From: Microthyrium microscopicum
Taxonomy: Eukaryota
Length of the DNA stretch: 64,000 bases
Assembly: GCA_010405405.1 (NCBI GenBank)
Contig: MU004233.1
Coordinates: forward strand, 2,334,539 to 2,398,538
Direction: 5' to 3'
Under the pieces are notes generated by a model. It was not told the DNA's origin. It searched no databases and saw nothing but the letters and a program-made list of their open reading frames with translations. Positions 1 through 12,400 of this stretch are shown in pieces. A program made the position numbers and the translations under genes. Positions within the stretch are counted from its first letter, which is position 1, and each line of letters starts with the position of its first letter.

Positions 1-563
1 CTCACGCGTGACATCAGCGAATCAATATCACAGATGAAGGCAAGGTTACGACATATATATGCAGTGATTTCCACATTGAGCGCTATATCGAACTATTGTA
101 ACATTAAAAGAACGCCCAGCCAGCTTTTTTCCCTTCCATGCTGTTAGCTGGGCACGAACAATGGTATCTTAGTAAAAAAACATATCCATACATGACAGGA
201 CCCCGAAAACTCCGAACAAAGGTCCCTTGAACAACCTGGGTATGACAGAGCAATAACGCCAGGTTTGGAAAGAAAACGCCAGTGCATTGAATAAAACAGT
301 GCAACAGGAAGCAAATAACCCGTAAACTCCACTCCTAGTGGTATTTCTCCTTGCTTTGAGACCAGGACACCGAATTGGTACGAACAATTCAACCATTGAC
401 CCGGATTTTTCGTGAAACGGACATAATCATATAAGCGCCATTAAAAAGACATACATTGTGTACCATGCGGGTACACGTTACGCGGCATTTTTGTCGAACA
501 ATAAAAAGGACAGGTTCCGCCAGGGCACAAGAGTCTGGAAATGAGCATAAGGGAACAATGTTT

Positions 564-2440
564 TTAGCAAAACATGTGCCAAATACGCTTCCATCGAGGC
601 CAGGACTGGCGTTCGCGCTCTTCCTCGGCAAGAAGCTCGGTGAGGTTGAGTTCACGGATTCCAGAATGGAGATCCATATTGTGAGTTCGCACGACTTTAG
701 TCCGAAAGTATAGTTTGTGAGGGATGTAGAAGGCTAGCACGATAGGCAGAGCAAGGTAATCCTGAAACCAGTTCGATGTTCGTGCAGCAGCGGTCATCTG
801 TTCCCAGCCAACGGGGGCAAAGCCAGTCCAAAACTGGGCAATGAGGACGAGAATGTTGAGGATGAGGCCGACCCAGCTTCCATAGACACCGCATTGGGAG
901 CGGAAGGCAAGTTCACTGAGGGTATGGCCTTGAAGAAGCCAAGCTTTGCGGAAGCGAATGTGTGCAAGGCAAATGCTGCCCCAGGTGAAGACGGACGATA
1001 GACCGGACACGGCTATCATCCAGCGAAATACATCAGTCTGCTTAGAAGAGCCAGCTAGGAAGGCCAGGAATCCGAGAAGTGAGGCGAGCAAAATTCCGAC
1101 GAGCGGTCGTCCTTTGCGATCAATGTATCCTAGGATACGAGGGGCTTGCTTTTGTTCAGCAAGTGCTGCTAGAGTACGAGAAGATCCGTAAATAGAAGAG
1201 TTCCCGACTGATAGTACAGCAATCATGATGACTCCGTTCATGACGGAAGGCAATCCCTTAATGCCTGCGTTTTGAATGGCAATGACAAATGGAGAAGCCT
1301 TGGCATCCGCATCGTTGTCGCCATTAAGCAGACGTGGATCAGTGTATGGCACAAGCAGGCCGACCAGAGTTAGAGAGATGATGTAGAAAAGAGTAATACG
1401 CCAGAACACTTGCTTTGTAGCGCGAGGAAGTGACTTTCGAGGGTTGAGAGTCTCTGCGGCAGCAAGGCCGACGAGTTCCGTTCCAGCAAATGCGAACGCA
1501 GCGGTGACGAAAGTTGAGCAGAGTCCTTTGAAGCCATTGTTGAAGGCGCCTGGGTTGCGCCAGTATTTACCTCCAATGTAGGCACCACCTGGGCCTCCTC
1601 CAATGTCAAGAATGACACCAAGGATGATAAAGCCCACGACAGCGACGACTTTGATGATGGAAAAGACAAACTCAGCTTCACCATAACCTTTGACACCGAA
1701 CAAGTTGATGGTGAGAATAAGCACTAGGAAGATGGCAACCCAAGCGTCGTTGTTGATACTTCCATGATTCCAAAATTCGATGGTCAAGGTTGCAGCAACA
1801 ATTTCCAGAGGTAGTACAACAAGCCACTGCAGGGCGTAGCTGTCAAATGTCAGTGAATGCAAACTAGAATTACAAAATTGGATCATACTTCCAGCCCATT
1901 GCATATCCCCATGATGGACACAAGAATCGAGTGCTGTAGGCGGAGAAAGAACCAGCGACAGGGTAGAGAGTGGCTAATTCGCCCAATGCCTGAACAGTGC
2001 AAAAGAGCATTATACCCACTATGGTAAATGCGATGACTAGTGAGGCTGGACCACCATTTGCAAGGGCTTGCCCGGATCCGACGAACAGACCCGTTCCTGA
2101 GATGCAATTAATTTCCTGGTCCAAGCGTGATATGTTAAGAGATCAACTTACCTATAGAACCGCCAATGGCGATCATCTGAAGATGTCGACCTTTGAGCTT
2201 GCGTGCCAAAGGGGACTGAGACGTTGCAGCAACAGCGGCTTCGACATCGTAGACCTTTGCGCCGGTTTGAGTGTTTTCAACGCGGGCTGGACGACTGCTG
2301 GGCTCTGGCTTGAAGCTGTCGACAAATCGCTGAACGAACGTCTGCTTTGGGGCGCCATCATCGTAGTTGTCGTACATGGAGTGAGGCTGGCTCCCAGTAT
2401 CATCCGACACCTCGTAGAGTTTCTCCTGACCTACAGCCAT
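564..2440 (-). CDS. GAP1: General amino acid permease (APC/YAT family, Gap1-like); exons 2440-2152, 2096-1889, 1839-564
   Basis: Motifs [69 protein letters not shown]; many TM segments; two GT-AG introns (2097-2151, 1840-1888) join three ORFs in frame. Exact orthology within the family is inferred. Confidence 0.9.
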
Positions 2441-4061
2441 GACGGGCGAGTGCTTGTCTGGCTTTGTGGCGGAGAAGGTTGAATTGTCGTAATTGATCCA
2501 CGTTTGCTAGCACGTTGCCTTGCCAGAAAAGGAGAGGAAGTGAGGTGGGACCTCTGGAGGTTATCAGGTGGCGTGGTCTTTTGCTATCTCGGAGCCTTGG
2601 GGAGGAAGGCACGACGGGTAGTCGTAGACTCGCAGGGAAACAGCGATGGAGGAGTGCGCTCACTTCATCGGGCAATGCGAGGGGAGAGAAACTGCAGGCG
2701 CGATGCTCTTGAGGGAAGCAGCAACTGCGACGGGAGGAAGGAGCGATAGGGAGTCAAGGGGAGTAGACCTGGTAAGATGGCAACCACCATACATTATGCG
2801 TCGGAGGTGAGCATAAGAGTGTTTAAAGTGTACGGTACTGGCACACCCACATTAGGTGCTACTGTACAATCTCCAGCAACGCGGGTAGGCGGATTGGCGG
2901 GTTGGCGGACTCACTATTTCGCAGTGGGACTTGCAGCACTCTCACTGATTCTGCACCTCAAGCCACCCTGCATGAGCATGACGGTCGCCGGGGACGCCTC
3001 CAAAATCTACGACTCTCCTCCCGCCACCCAACTGTACTCCACCATAAACCTGGGTGAAGACGAGAGAGTGCATGCAAAGCCGGGAACAGCAAGGCTAGTA
3101 GTGGGTCGCTGCTATCTGATACGTTTCATTGGCCGTTGATCAGCTTCAGCCCTCTTATCCATGCTTCCAGAAGCCGCGGATGGAACTGGCCATCGCAGCT
3201 TATCGAACCGCTTCAATAGTTGCCATCTGTCCTGGTATCTGTACTACACACCAAGCAAATAAACAACTCTTCCTGGACTTTGCCCGGACGGCTCACCATA
3301 AAGCATCGCGACCAAGGCACGTCTACTCTTGCACAGTTACACCCTTCGGTCGTGTGCCAAATGCAGACATGCATCGCTGAAACCAACCTATCACTTGGTT
3401 CGCCTTACTGATATGCAATGCTCTAGGACTTGTGGGTAAAGAGCCGCATATCAAAATGCTGCATATCTTTACTTTTTTACCGTTTCTTTACCTTCCTTCC
3501 ATTTTGGATCTAAGACATGCACTCGTTATCATCCGCGCGTGTCTTCCTTCTCTTCTGCTTTTGTGCGACATATTTGTGTGTTTTTTGCACAAAGGTATTG
3601 CAAATGTCCGACCGCGGGATTCTTCTCCCTTTGGATCTCCTACTTTCCTGGTCTGCACGACTCGTGTGTGTATCAACTTCCACTTCTTCCAATCACATTG
3701 CCAAATTGCAGTGCATTTGTCCGCACACCGTTTGTCAGAATAACTGTGCAATTTTAGGAGTATCCTTGTCGTATTCGGGCCCCTGGTGCGGTATCAGCCT
3801 TTTAGCTGTGACAATATCCGTGGTGTACGGTCGTGCGGATTTCGTTGATGCCGAGATTGTGCTGGGTAAGTTGAGCAAAGAGCAGAGTTTCAATACCTTA
3901 GTGTCTTCATTACTATAGAAAAGACTGGTCTACTGACATTGACTACAAACTCCTTGCGTGGCCAGTGTTTGGAGCCAGACACAGTACGGCTACGAAATTG
4001 GGTGATTTCAATTCAGCAAATTTCCCCTGTTACCGGTACATAAACTTTGCTGATTGCAACA

Positions 4062-6094
4062 TCAAGCTACCTTACCAAGCGACCGCCATTGCTTGTTTTC
4101 CCAGTTCATATGATAGATCTCATAATCTCGCCCCTTGCAAAAGATATCGAGCCTCTTTTTAACTAGACATATCACCGTTGGGGCTGATATAAAATCTCCC
4201 CCAAGCTGCTCCCAATCACTCCACCATCCTCGCCAAGATTTGTGATGGAGTTGATTATCACTTCCTACACAGAAGAGGTCGAGCGAGTCGCCATCTTGAG
4301 ACACTACACAAGGACGACTGATGAACTTCCTTCCAAGGGACTCCCAGTCTCCCCAACTACAATTCCACCACCTGTGAATTACTTCACCGTCCGGACTGAG
4401 ACCAAATACATTAAAGTCTAGCAGTTGGCGCGATGCAGCAGCAAACGGCGTTATTGTTTGCGTGTTTCCCAAGTCCTCCCACTCAGCTCCTTCAGGAAAC
4501 CAAGCTCCGTCCAAAAACCATTTATACTGCAGTGTGTGAAGCGGTCCTCTCATGAACACGTCAATACGCCCAGAGTCACAGGATACCGCTTCTGGAGGAC
4601 CAATGACGCTACCGCCAAGACAATTCCACTCCTCCTTGGAAGGAAACCATTCTCCATGTTCGAACGTTTTATGATATAGCTGTTTATCCGCTCCCACGCC
4701 AAAGATATCGAGTCGAGCAAACCCAGGGGAGATTGCAGTGAGCGGGCTGACCATGCTACCTCCAAGATTCTGCCAGCTATCTTGTGAGAGCCAACCGTTT
4801 TGCTTAGCCAGATAATGCACTTCACCAGTGGTCGTTGGGGCGATTAGTTCGAATTGTGGCTCGCCTCTTGAAAATGCGATGGGCGCATTAGAGTAGGTGC
4901 CAGCTTCGGTTTGCCAGTAGCTTGGTAGCCAGCTTCCGTCTTCGATCTTCAAGTGTTTTATCTTGCGGTCACTTCCTAGGACCCAAACATCCACTCGATT
5001 GGGGGATGAATACGCGGCTGAGATGCGCGAATTGTGTAAAAGAGATACTGGCTGGAAGCTCGTTTGTCTCATGATCGTTGACGGGGCCTTTCCTCAAGTC
5101 AGTAATACGTACAACGACCTCAGGTCATGACATATACCTGTGCGAAACTTTGGTATTTAGAAGGGCCTACAGAGTCCCTGTTGTTCTCCTCAATCGCTTT
5201 ATGCAGCCTTGTTATTGCTTTGTTCAAACCTTCTCCATATATAAGAGGCATAAAAACGTCAAAAATTCCCATTGAGGAATATGCCATATCTTCTTCTCTA
5301 GTTGTCATGCGGCCATTCTGCCATGACAGCCGATCATTGACGCTGAATAGAGATAGATCCTGTGCCTGAAGGGCGTCTGGTGTCAAGTTTGTGATCTTAC
5401 TGATTGATTCCGCAAGCGATTCTTTATTGCCTAGTAGTTCACCTTCGCTAGAAAAGAATTCCACTGTTTCAGGGGCAAGTAATTCCTGGAGAGTCCAGCC
5501 TCTAGTGAACCATCTGCTGGACTCGAATTGCTGTTTCCAGGGAATGCCATTTGAGATTGTGACGTCTGTGAGGTAGACATAACATCTTTCCGCATCGCGA
5601 TACCAACGAAACATGGAATTGATTGCTTCTGACAGCTCCGCGCTACTTGACTTGTCGATTGCTATATTCAGTCAGCTCTAGATCGATCGCTCATATGTCT
5701 CCTTGAGCAGATCTGCACAAAATATTGCATCTCCAGAGAATTATCAGACTGCGTTTTTGAATGGAAGACGGCAGCATACACAGAGGGGTGGAGGTACTCA
5801 ATTTCCGTGAATTATAAATGCAGCTCTCACCTAATGAGAGGGATGTTAAAAAGACTTACCACAGGTGTCTATCCAAAAGTAGTCAAAGCCGTCTTTCGCT
5901 GCTTGTTTGGCACAGAACTCAATCTTTTTATAGCCTGTCTTACTCTTTCCAGCACCGTCAACTACATCGCGGAATGAGACTTCTTCACCAGCCGCTCCCC
6001 ATGTGAGAGAGAGTATGGCATAAGGCGGGATGTCACAGGCAAGGAACTCGGCTAGTGTCAACTCGCCTGTTTGTTCAAGCTTGAGAAGACGCAT
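4062..6094 (-). CDS. HET-domain (heterokaryon incompatibility) protein fused to a C-terminal 7-repeat lectin-like beta-propeller; exons 6094-5860, 5661-5138, 5087-4062 (~594 aa)
   Basis: HET motifs PPYAILSLTW, YFWIDTCAIDKSSSAELSEAINSMFRWY, SRWFTRGWTLQELLAP. Intron 5662-5859 (GTAAGT..GCTGAC..TAG). Intron 5088-5137 (GTATAT..TACTGAC..AAG) joins FAQ|APSTIM in frame to an ORF with seven W-x-x-LGG..P.(A/V)....(R/S)LD(I/L)F..G.D..L.H-type repeats. Confidence 0.8.
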
Positions 6095-7345
6095 TCTGAT
6101 AAGCGTTGTTCAAAAGACCTTTGGGAACTGTTGAAAGTTCGGACGTGATTCTCTTGGAGCTTTGATAAATCATGTCCACGATACTGACATTAAGGCTGAA
6201 TGATAAAAGTTAGCGCAAGACGAAGGCACCGTCAAATGAGTCTAGGTTGTACACCGGCCTCCGCTACGGTCATGCATATACCTATGCGAGGGGCAAAGCT
6301 CAGGTTTACTTGAAGTGTGGCTGATCTGATTATCAAGTCTCTGTGATAACTATTGGTTGCTGAATTGAGACGCAGCCTACAATATTCAATTACTGTACCT
6401 CGCAAGATAACCTGCATAATTCTAATCCTTTCCCAATCTGCCTGCCAGGTACTTCAACTTACTACCAGCTGTATTTATGCAACTCAGTTCTAGAGAAGCG
6501 CTTGATGCAGCAAGACAGATTTCTTCCTTCCATCAAGTACGATATTAACTTCACGTCGACTGGTTTTGGTTGATATTACTGGAGTTGAATATCACATTGA
6601 GAAGCACGTTGCCACCTAAATGCTTCAAAACAGACCATAAGAACCAGATAAGTTGTCCGTGAATTAACATAATATTGCATATTGTGAGAGAACAGAAAGC
6701 ACCTGAATCTTTCTCCATTGCCCAAGGTAACAAAGCTATCAGAGCCTTCGACACTTTCACAAATTGTTGTATTTGCGGAGCTGACATGAGGCAAATGTCA
6801 CGATTGAAGAATATATTTCCCTCTTGACCGACGACAGTGTATTCCATATGCCCCATATCCTACGCCATCATGATTTTCTTGGGTTCTGCCCCTGGATGCT
6901 GCCTGGAAGGCTTCTCTGAGTCGATACCACCTACTATGTGTAAGTGGAGCCTACACGCCGACTGACCTGCTGCTTAAGAGATCTAATCTGGCTGCCTGAC
7001 CAAATGGGATGCTATCTTACAATCCTGAGACCTGCTACTTCGATGGAGCTCCAGCGAATGCAAAGCACACTTCTCTGTAAGGCGCCAGTCAATGGGGCAG
7101 TTTAGATCACTGGATATCACACAGAAGTCAATCTTCCAGAAAGTGGGAACTCTCAGTCACATATAAACTGGACATTAGGTCAAGAAGTATCTTCATTCTG
7201 GTCGGGTGTCTCTTCTCACGCAGTGACCAAGAACTTCCTCATCACTCCAAACACCGCCTTCATAGAATTTCCATACCGGCCCCTGAGCCAGGACAATATA
7301 TTCATCGCTCAACTCTCACCAAATCAACCCACATCCACCAGCGCA

Positions 7346-8104
7346 ATGGCGGCTCATACAACGCTGACCGTCCAGATGCTCTCCTCTGGCTCTAGTACAT
7401 TCCTCCAAGCCATTACACCCATTACACTGGCCACTGGACCCACAGTACCAGCAACTACATTCCCAACCATGTCTGATTTCCCAACGATATCAGCCACACC
7501 AGACGAACCAACAATGACGACCTCCACAACATCAAGTTCCGTGTCTCCAAACCCATCCGCCTCAGAGCTACCAACCACACCAACAACGATAGAAGGACCT
7601 TCCGTAACAGTAATCCTCTTCTCCAACAGACCACCCCTAACAATAAACCGCTCCCTAACAGGTCCACCAGCACCAACACCAACACCATCAAACTCAACCG
7701 CCGCCACACCAACAACAATAGTAACAACCATATCCAACGGCGTCCCCATAACTCTAATCCTGACTCACTCCTCCGCCGGTCCAACCCGAACTCTCACCGT
7801 CGTCCAACCAAAAGTTCCAAGCCGCACACACACCGGTACAGATCCCGTCAGCACCATGACTGTCACTATGCCAAGTCCCACGATTGATAATCCGTATACG
7901 TCGATGACGTTGGGGACGTTGTTGTCGACTGATTATATGATTGATGCGCCGACGGGGGGCACGGTGACGTTTCCGTGTGCGGTGTATCCTGGATATACGG
8001 CGATGTGTGTGTCGGGTGGTGAGAGGGAACGGGTTCCTTGGACGGTTGGGTGGGTGGTGGGATTTTTTGGGACTGTGGTGGTGGTTCTTTGGGTGGTGCT
8101 GTGA
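7346..8104 (+). CDS. Thr/Pro/Ser-rich mucin-like protein with hydrophobic C-terminus (GPI- or tail-anchored)
   Basis: Open frame with extreme T/P/S bias and C-terminal VSGG..VPWTVGWVVGFFGTVVVVLWVVL. TATA-like CATATAAA near 7160. No clear signal peptide, so the start is uncertain. Confidence 0.6.
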   Translation: MAAHTTLTVQMLSSGSSTFLQAITPITLATGPTVPATTFPTMSDFPTISATPDEPTMTTSTTSSSVSPNPSASELPTTPTTIEGPSVTVILFSNRPPLTINRSLTGPPAPTPTPSNSTAATPTTIVTTISNGVPITLILTHSSAGPTRTLTVVQPKVPSRTHTGTDPVSTMTVTMPSPTIDNPYTSMTLGTLLSTDYMIDAPTGGTVTFPCAVYPGYTAMCVSGGERERVPWTVGWVVGFFGTVVVVLWVVL

Positions 8105-8367
8105 TGGGCAGTTTGGGTGTGGCTTTTGGATAGCATCATCGACATAAGTGCATTAGTGGAGATATTTGGTAGTAAGTGAACGGTTGCCAGCCAATTTATT
8201 CCATTGCCCGAGATGTCTAGTCCAGTATGAATGGTCCTTACCATCTACTCCGCTCAAAAAACAGCAGTGACACTCCCTCAATGCACCATCGCCGCATGAA
8301 CCTCCTGTGAATTTCTACCCGTCACAGTAACATTAGCTCGCAGTAAATCTTCCAATTACCAAACGAC

Positions 8368-8556
8368 CTACCAAGCATGTCGTTCTTCCAACTCGTGGTC
8401 TTCTTGCTGACGAGCAGGGACAGTTGCAGCATTATTTGGATCAGCCTGCCGCCTCTCGTGCACCATTTGCAACCAGCATATCGCAGAAATAAGACCTATG
8501 ATGAGTATCAACTCCACAAAAATAACAATGACCCATATCCACGTGGCGTCTAGCAT
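8368..8556 (-). CDS. Putative 62-aa single-pass membrane micropeptide
   Basis: MLDATWIWVIVIFVELILIIGLISAICWLQMVHERRQADP...HELEERHAW: one TM helix followed by RR and a polar tail. Confidence 0.4.
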   Translation of the reverse strand: MLDATWIWVIVIFVELILIIGLISAICWLQMVHERRQADPNNAATVPARQQEDHELEERHAW

Positions 8557-9458
8557 AGTGACTTTGAGCTGTCGGATGGCGCGTACAAAGGTAACTTTGC
8601 GGATGTGAATTCGTGGATTGCGGAAGTTACAGAGTAGTAGGGGATGATGATAGAAGAGAAGACATATCAGCTCCCCATAAATATCCAACAACACTCATGA
8701 GTATTAAGACGTTGTTCAAAGTAATCACTTTCATCTTGAGATGTAGTCACCAACATCTAAGCCAGACAAACGAGTCTACCCTAGCAAGTAATGGCATTCG
8801 CGCGTCACATAACCAGCACAAAAACAAGACAAAATTAGGCAAAGAGGTTTGGTATTGTCACATCAATTAAATAAAATCAATAGTTTTTCGTTTCATGTCC
8901 CATCCATCTGATCCTACACCATCGCCAACGACAACCGCCCTTTTAGTCCCAATCCAGCACGCCAAGAATAGTCTATTGGAAGCGAACATCAAGGCAAAAA
9001 GACAAGATTTGCCATAGAAAAGACAGAAAAGGGGGGAATGTTATTGACAAAGTGACCACAGGATAGATTTGAAGAGAATGATTAACAAAAGGATGATATT
9101 TTTGAAGAACCAACACCTTCATACTCTTTGGACCGCCTTGGTTTTATTGCAAAATTACACGATAAAACAATCAACTCCTTTCGCCTTTGAGGTACATGTA
9201 CAAGGTTTCGCCCAACACACCAATGATGCAGAGAAGAAGGTTTTAGATCCAATGCTGTGAGGAGTGGCGGACTCGCAGCAGAAAACAGTACAGGTCGTGG
9301 GGTCGTGATAGTAATGAGATTTGGGGAATTTGTTAGAAGGCGCTCAATGATGGCGTCCATGTCAAAGCAACTTCGGTTTATCTCCCGCTAAACCTGGTTG
9401 CCCGACCGGAGCCGACTATTCCATGTTGCGGTGGTGGATGGCTGATTGGCCTGTCGTT

Positions 9459-12400
9459 CTAAACAGGGGCCAATGGTCGAGGGCCTTGGTGAATGTGATT
9501 GTTGAGAGTTGCAAATAGCTTCTCGACTTCGGGGCTTGCTTTGACAAATGGCAATTCCCAGAATTGATAACCCGGGTTCTTGTAGAGTTCAAGCAAGACA
9601 ACGATTACGCCCCAAGGATGTGGACGGTGCACGTGTAGTCGTTCGATGAGGGTGCGCACAATCAACTCCATGAGACCTCCGTGTAGCTCGTCGGCAGATG
9701 ATGTGTTGACGCCGAATAGATCCATCAAGGCACACATGAACCAATGGGTGTGCGAGTTGGGGAATCGCAGTTGGTCGACCACTGCATTGACAAACAGATG
9801 GCGGTCATCCAAGTCAAGAGCCTGACCCAATTGCTGGAAGAGCTGAGCATGCGGAGATGACTTATTATATCCGTTAGCTAGCTCAAGAGCCTTGACGCCA
9901 GTGTGAAAGACAACGGCATTGATAATGGATCGATGATACGATTCGCCTTTGATGGTCGCTTTCTTGGGAGCTGACACACTTTCATGCAACAATTCGCAAA
10001 AGTTGGCAATGCCCTGTTGTGATGGTTGCGCATTTTCAAGAAGAGACTCGAGTGATTTCATCACGCCAGATTCATTGAGAATGTTGACATAGTCTTCTCG
10101 AAAAGCTGGGGCACTGAGCATCTCTTCGATGTGATCCAATTTCAAGCTTCCAGCAAAAGGATTGGGAAGTTCAGCCTGTTGAACCGGCACCGCGCTCAAT
10201 ACCAAGTTCTTGGCTTGGACAAAGTAGTCAGGTAGCCGGTTGAGCAGTGTTAGATGGTTGGAGCTGAAGAAATCCGGGAAGTCGTGATGAAGAATAACCA
10301 ACAGTCGTAAAACGCCGCGGTAAAAGTCTTGACCGCGTGCATATAGTTCTGGGTTACCCGATTCAGGAGCATTCATTAAACCGGTGGCCGTGTCAAATAC
10401 GATATGCAGAAGTTGAAGGTATTGGTCAGTCGACTTGCGGAGATTGGAAACCGTCATATCTTCATCCATGTCAGTGTTTACAATTGGATTTCTCATGCCC
10501 AGCATTGCCGGTATGAAGATGCGATGAGATATCAGACTAAGCCAAGCAAAAGCAAAACCTGGAAGGTAATTTGGTTGCATGGCCATGAAGCCTTGCGCCA
10601 CGGTAAGATATAGATCGCTTTGCTGAATATATGGCGAGTTCAAAGAGTGGATTTCCGAGAGCAGGCTGGAATAGAAGCGGAAGAAGATCTTTTGATTGGC
10701 AAGATCTTGTCGATGCTTCCAATGATCGCACTGGTAAAGGATCGCAACGCTAAGCATAGAATCAAAGAATGATATGCTGTCCAATTTGACTTCTCCATCG
10801 GTTTTCACACCATGATAGACAGTCAAAGCCACGATAAGCCCAGCAAGAGCATCGATGTGGATGTAAGCTTGGTCTACTGAACCACCATATGGTGTGGCCT
10901 CTTCTTGTTCGTATGCCATGATGGAGAGATCCAAGCACAGACGAATGAATACGGCGAGCTCTTCGGCGTTTTTGAGCACATCGCGATGGTGCAGTTGGTG
11001 GATGAAAGACGCAACAGTCTTGTCGGTTGCTTCCGGGCGACTTAGTTGAAGCCATTCCTCAAAGATATGCTCAATCTCATCTTGCTTGTTGGATGAGAGG
11101 GTTGCCATCTCATTGCTTGGTGTTGGAATTCGAAGTTTGTCAAACAATTCTTTACCAGCGTCAAGATTTGGATCTTCGTGGACCCACTGTGTCATAACCT
11201 CGAACGAGCTAGCAAAGTTCGCTCTTATCGCTAGCGGATGCTCGCTCAACAAAAGCTCATCAACGAATCGAGCCAGACACACAATGGCTATTTCATGCCG
11301 ATTACGAAGACCCTTGGCAATAATCGCATCTACTTTTCGCAAGTCCATCAGGCGGGCGTTGACAAGATGAATGGTGACTGGAGATGAAAGAATTCTGTCG
11401 TCCTCGAGTGAGGCAAGCCACAAAATGATTTGTCGGGCGGCATGCATGGAAAGCTGACAGAGATGAGCCAACACTTGGACGGCAACTTCGATCTCAAGTC
11501 GTCCTTCGGCCTCATCGTACATGGTAATTGGGAGGCGGCCTGCAATAAAGAGAGCAACCTGATCACGCTGGTTGCCAGAAGCATCAACAAGCTGGATGAG
11601 TTGATCGTAGAATTCTCGGACCGCGGAGTTTGGAGAAAGAAGCTTGATGCTGTCTTCAGGAGCGTCTCGAGCACTTCGAAAAAGCTCTACATACAAGGCT
11701 TCTATTCGTTCACCAAGAGAAGCAGGCTCGCTGTATCCATTGAGCTGAGGTTGTGGGGTTGAAATTCCTTGTGGGTTCATCATTCGAGAATTGGGAACTT
11801 GGCGCAGAACAGCTGGAGCTTCAGCCGGGGTTGGAATGGCAGACGTGAACTGTTCTTGAATCACATCTGGTGGCAATTGCTGTCTAGTATCCTGTCCTAG
11901 GCCCTGATGCGGCCCAGCGATATTGCGAGTGGCACCAAAGTTTTCATAGATTGCAAGCTGTTCGGGGCTCAGATTGCCGTAGCCTGAAGGCTTGAAAGGA
12001 TCTGGGATGGCATAGGCGTATTTTGAAGGCGGCGGGTAGGAGTATGGCTGATCAGGCTGTGCTTGCTGGTGCATTTGACGGAGTTGGATCGAATCACGAA
12101 TCTGATTTTCGATTTCGGCAACCGAGTACTTTTCAGCAGCCTCTTCGATGACCCGACAGACAACGTCAATATTATCGTTGACAAACATGAGAATCACGCC
12201 CTCAGGAAAACTATCCCCAGGAAGAGTGCGGGAGTTGTTGCGAACGTGATTGGTAATACTCATGCGGAGTGGCTCTCGACAAGTGACCATGGCCAAGCTA
12301 CCGGACAGCGACTTGACCATGTTCTGCGCTGCATCACGAAGTTGATCTTCACGAGATTCTGTGGCATAGTCTTTGGTAACCAGCTGCGACGCTGCTATGG

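Noticed and set aside
6232..6900. Short ORFs upstream of the HET gene, possible partner or pseudogene
   Set aside because: No recognisable domain or consistent splice model
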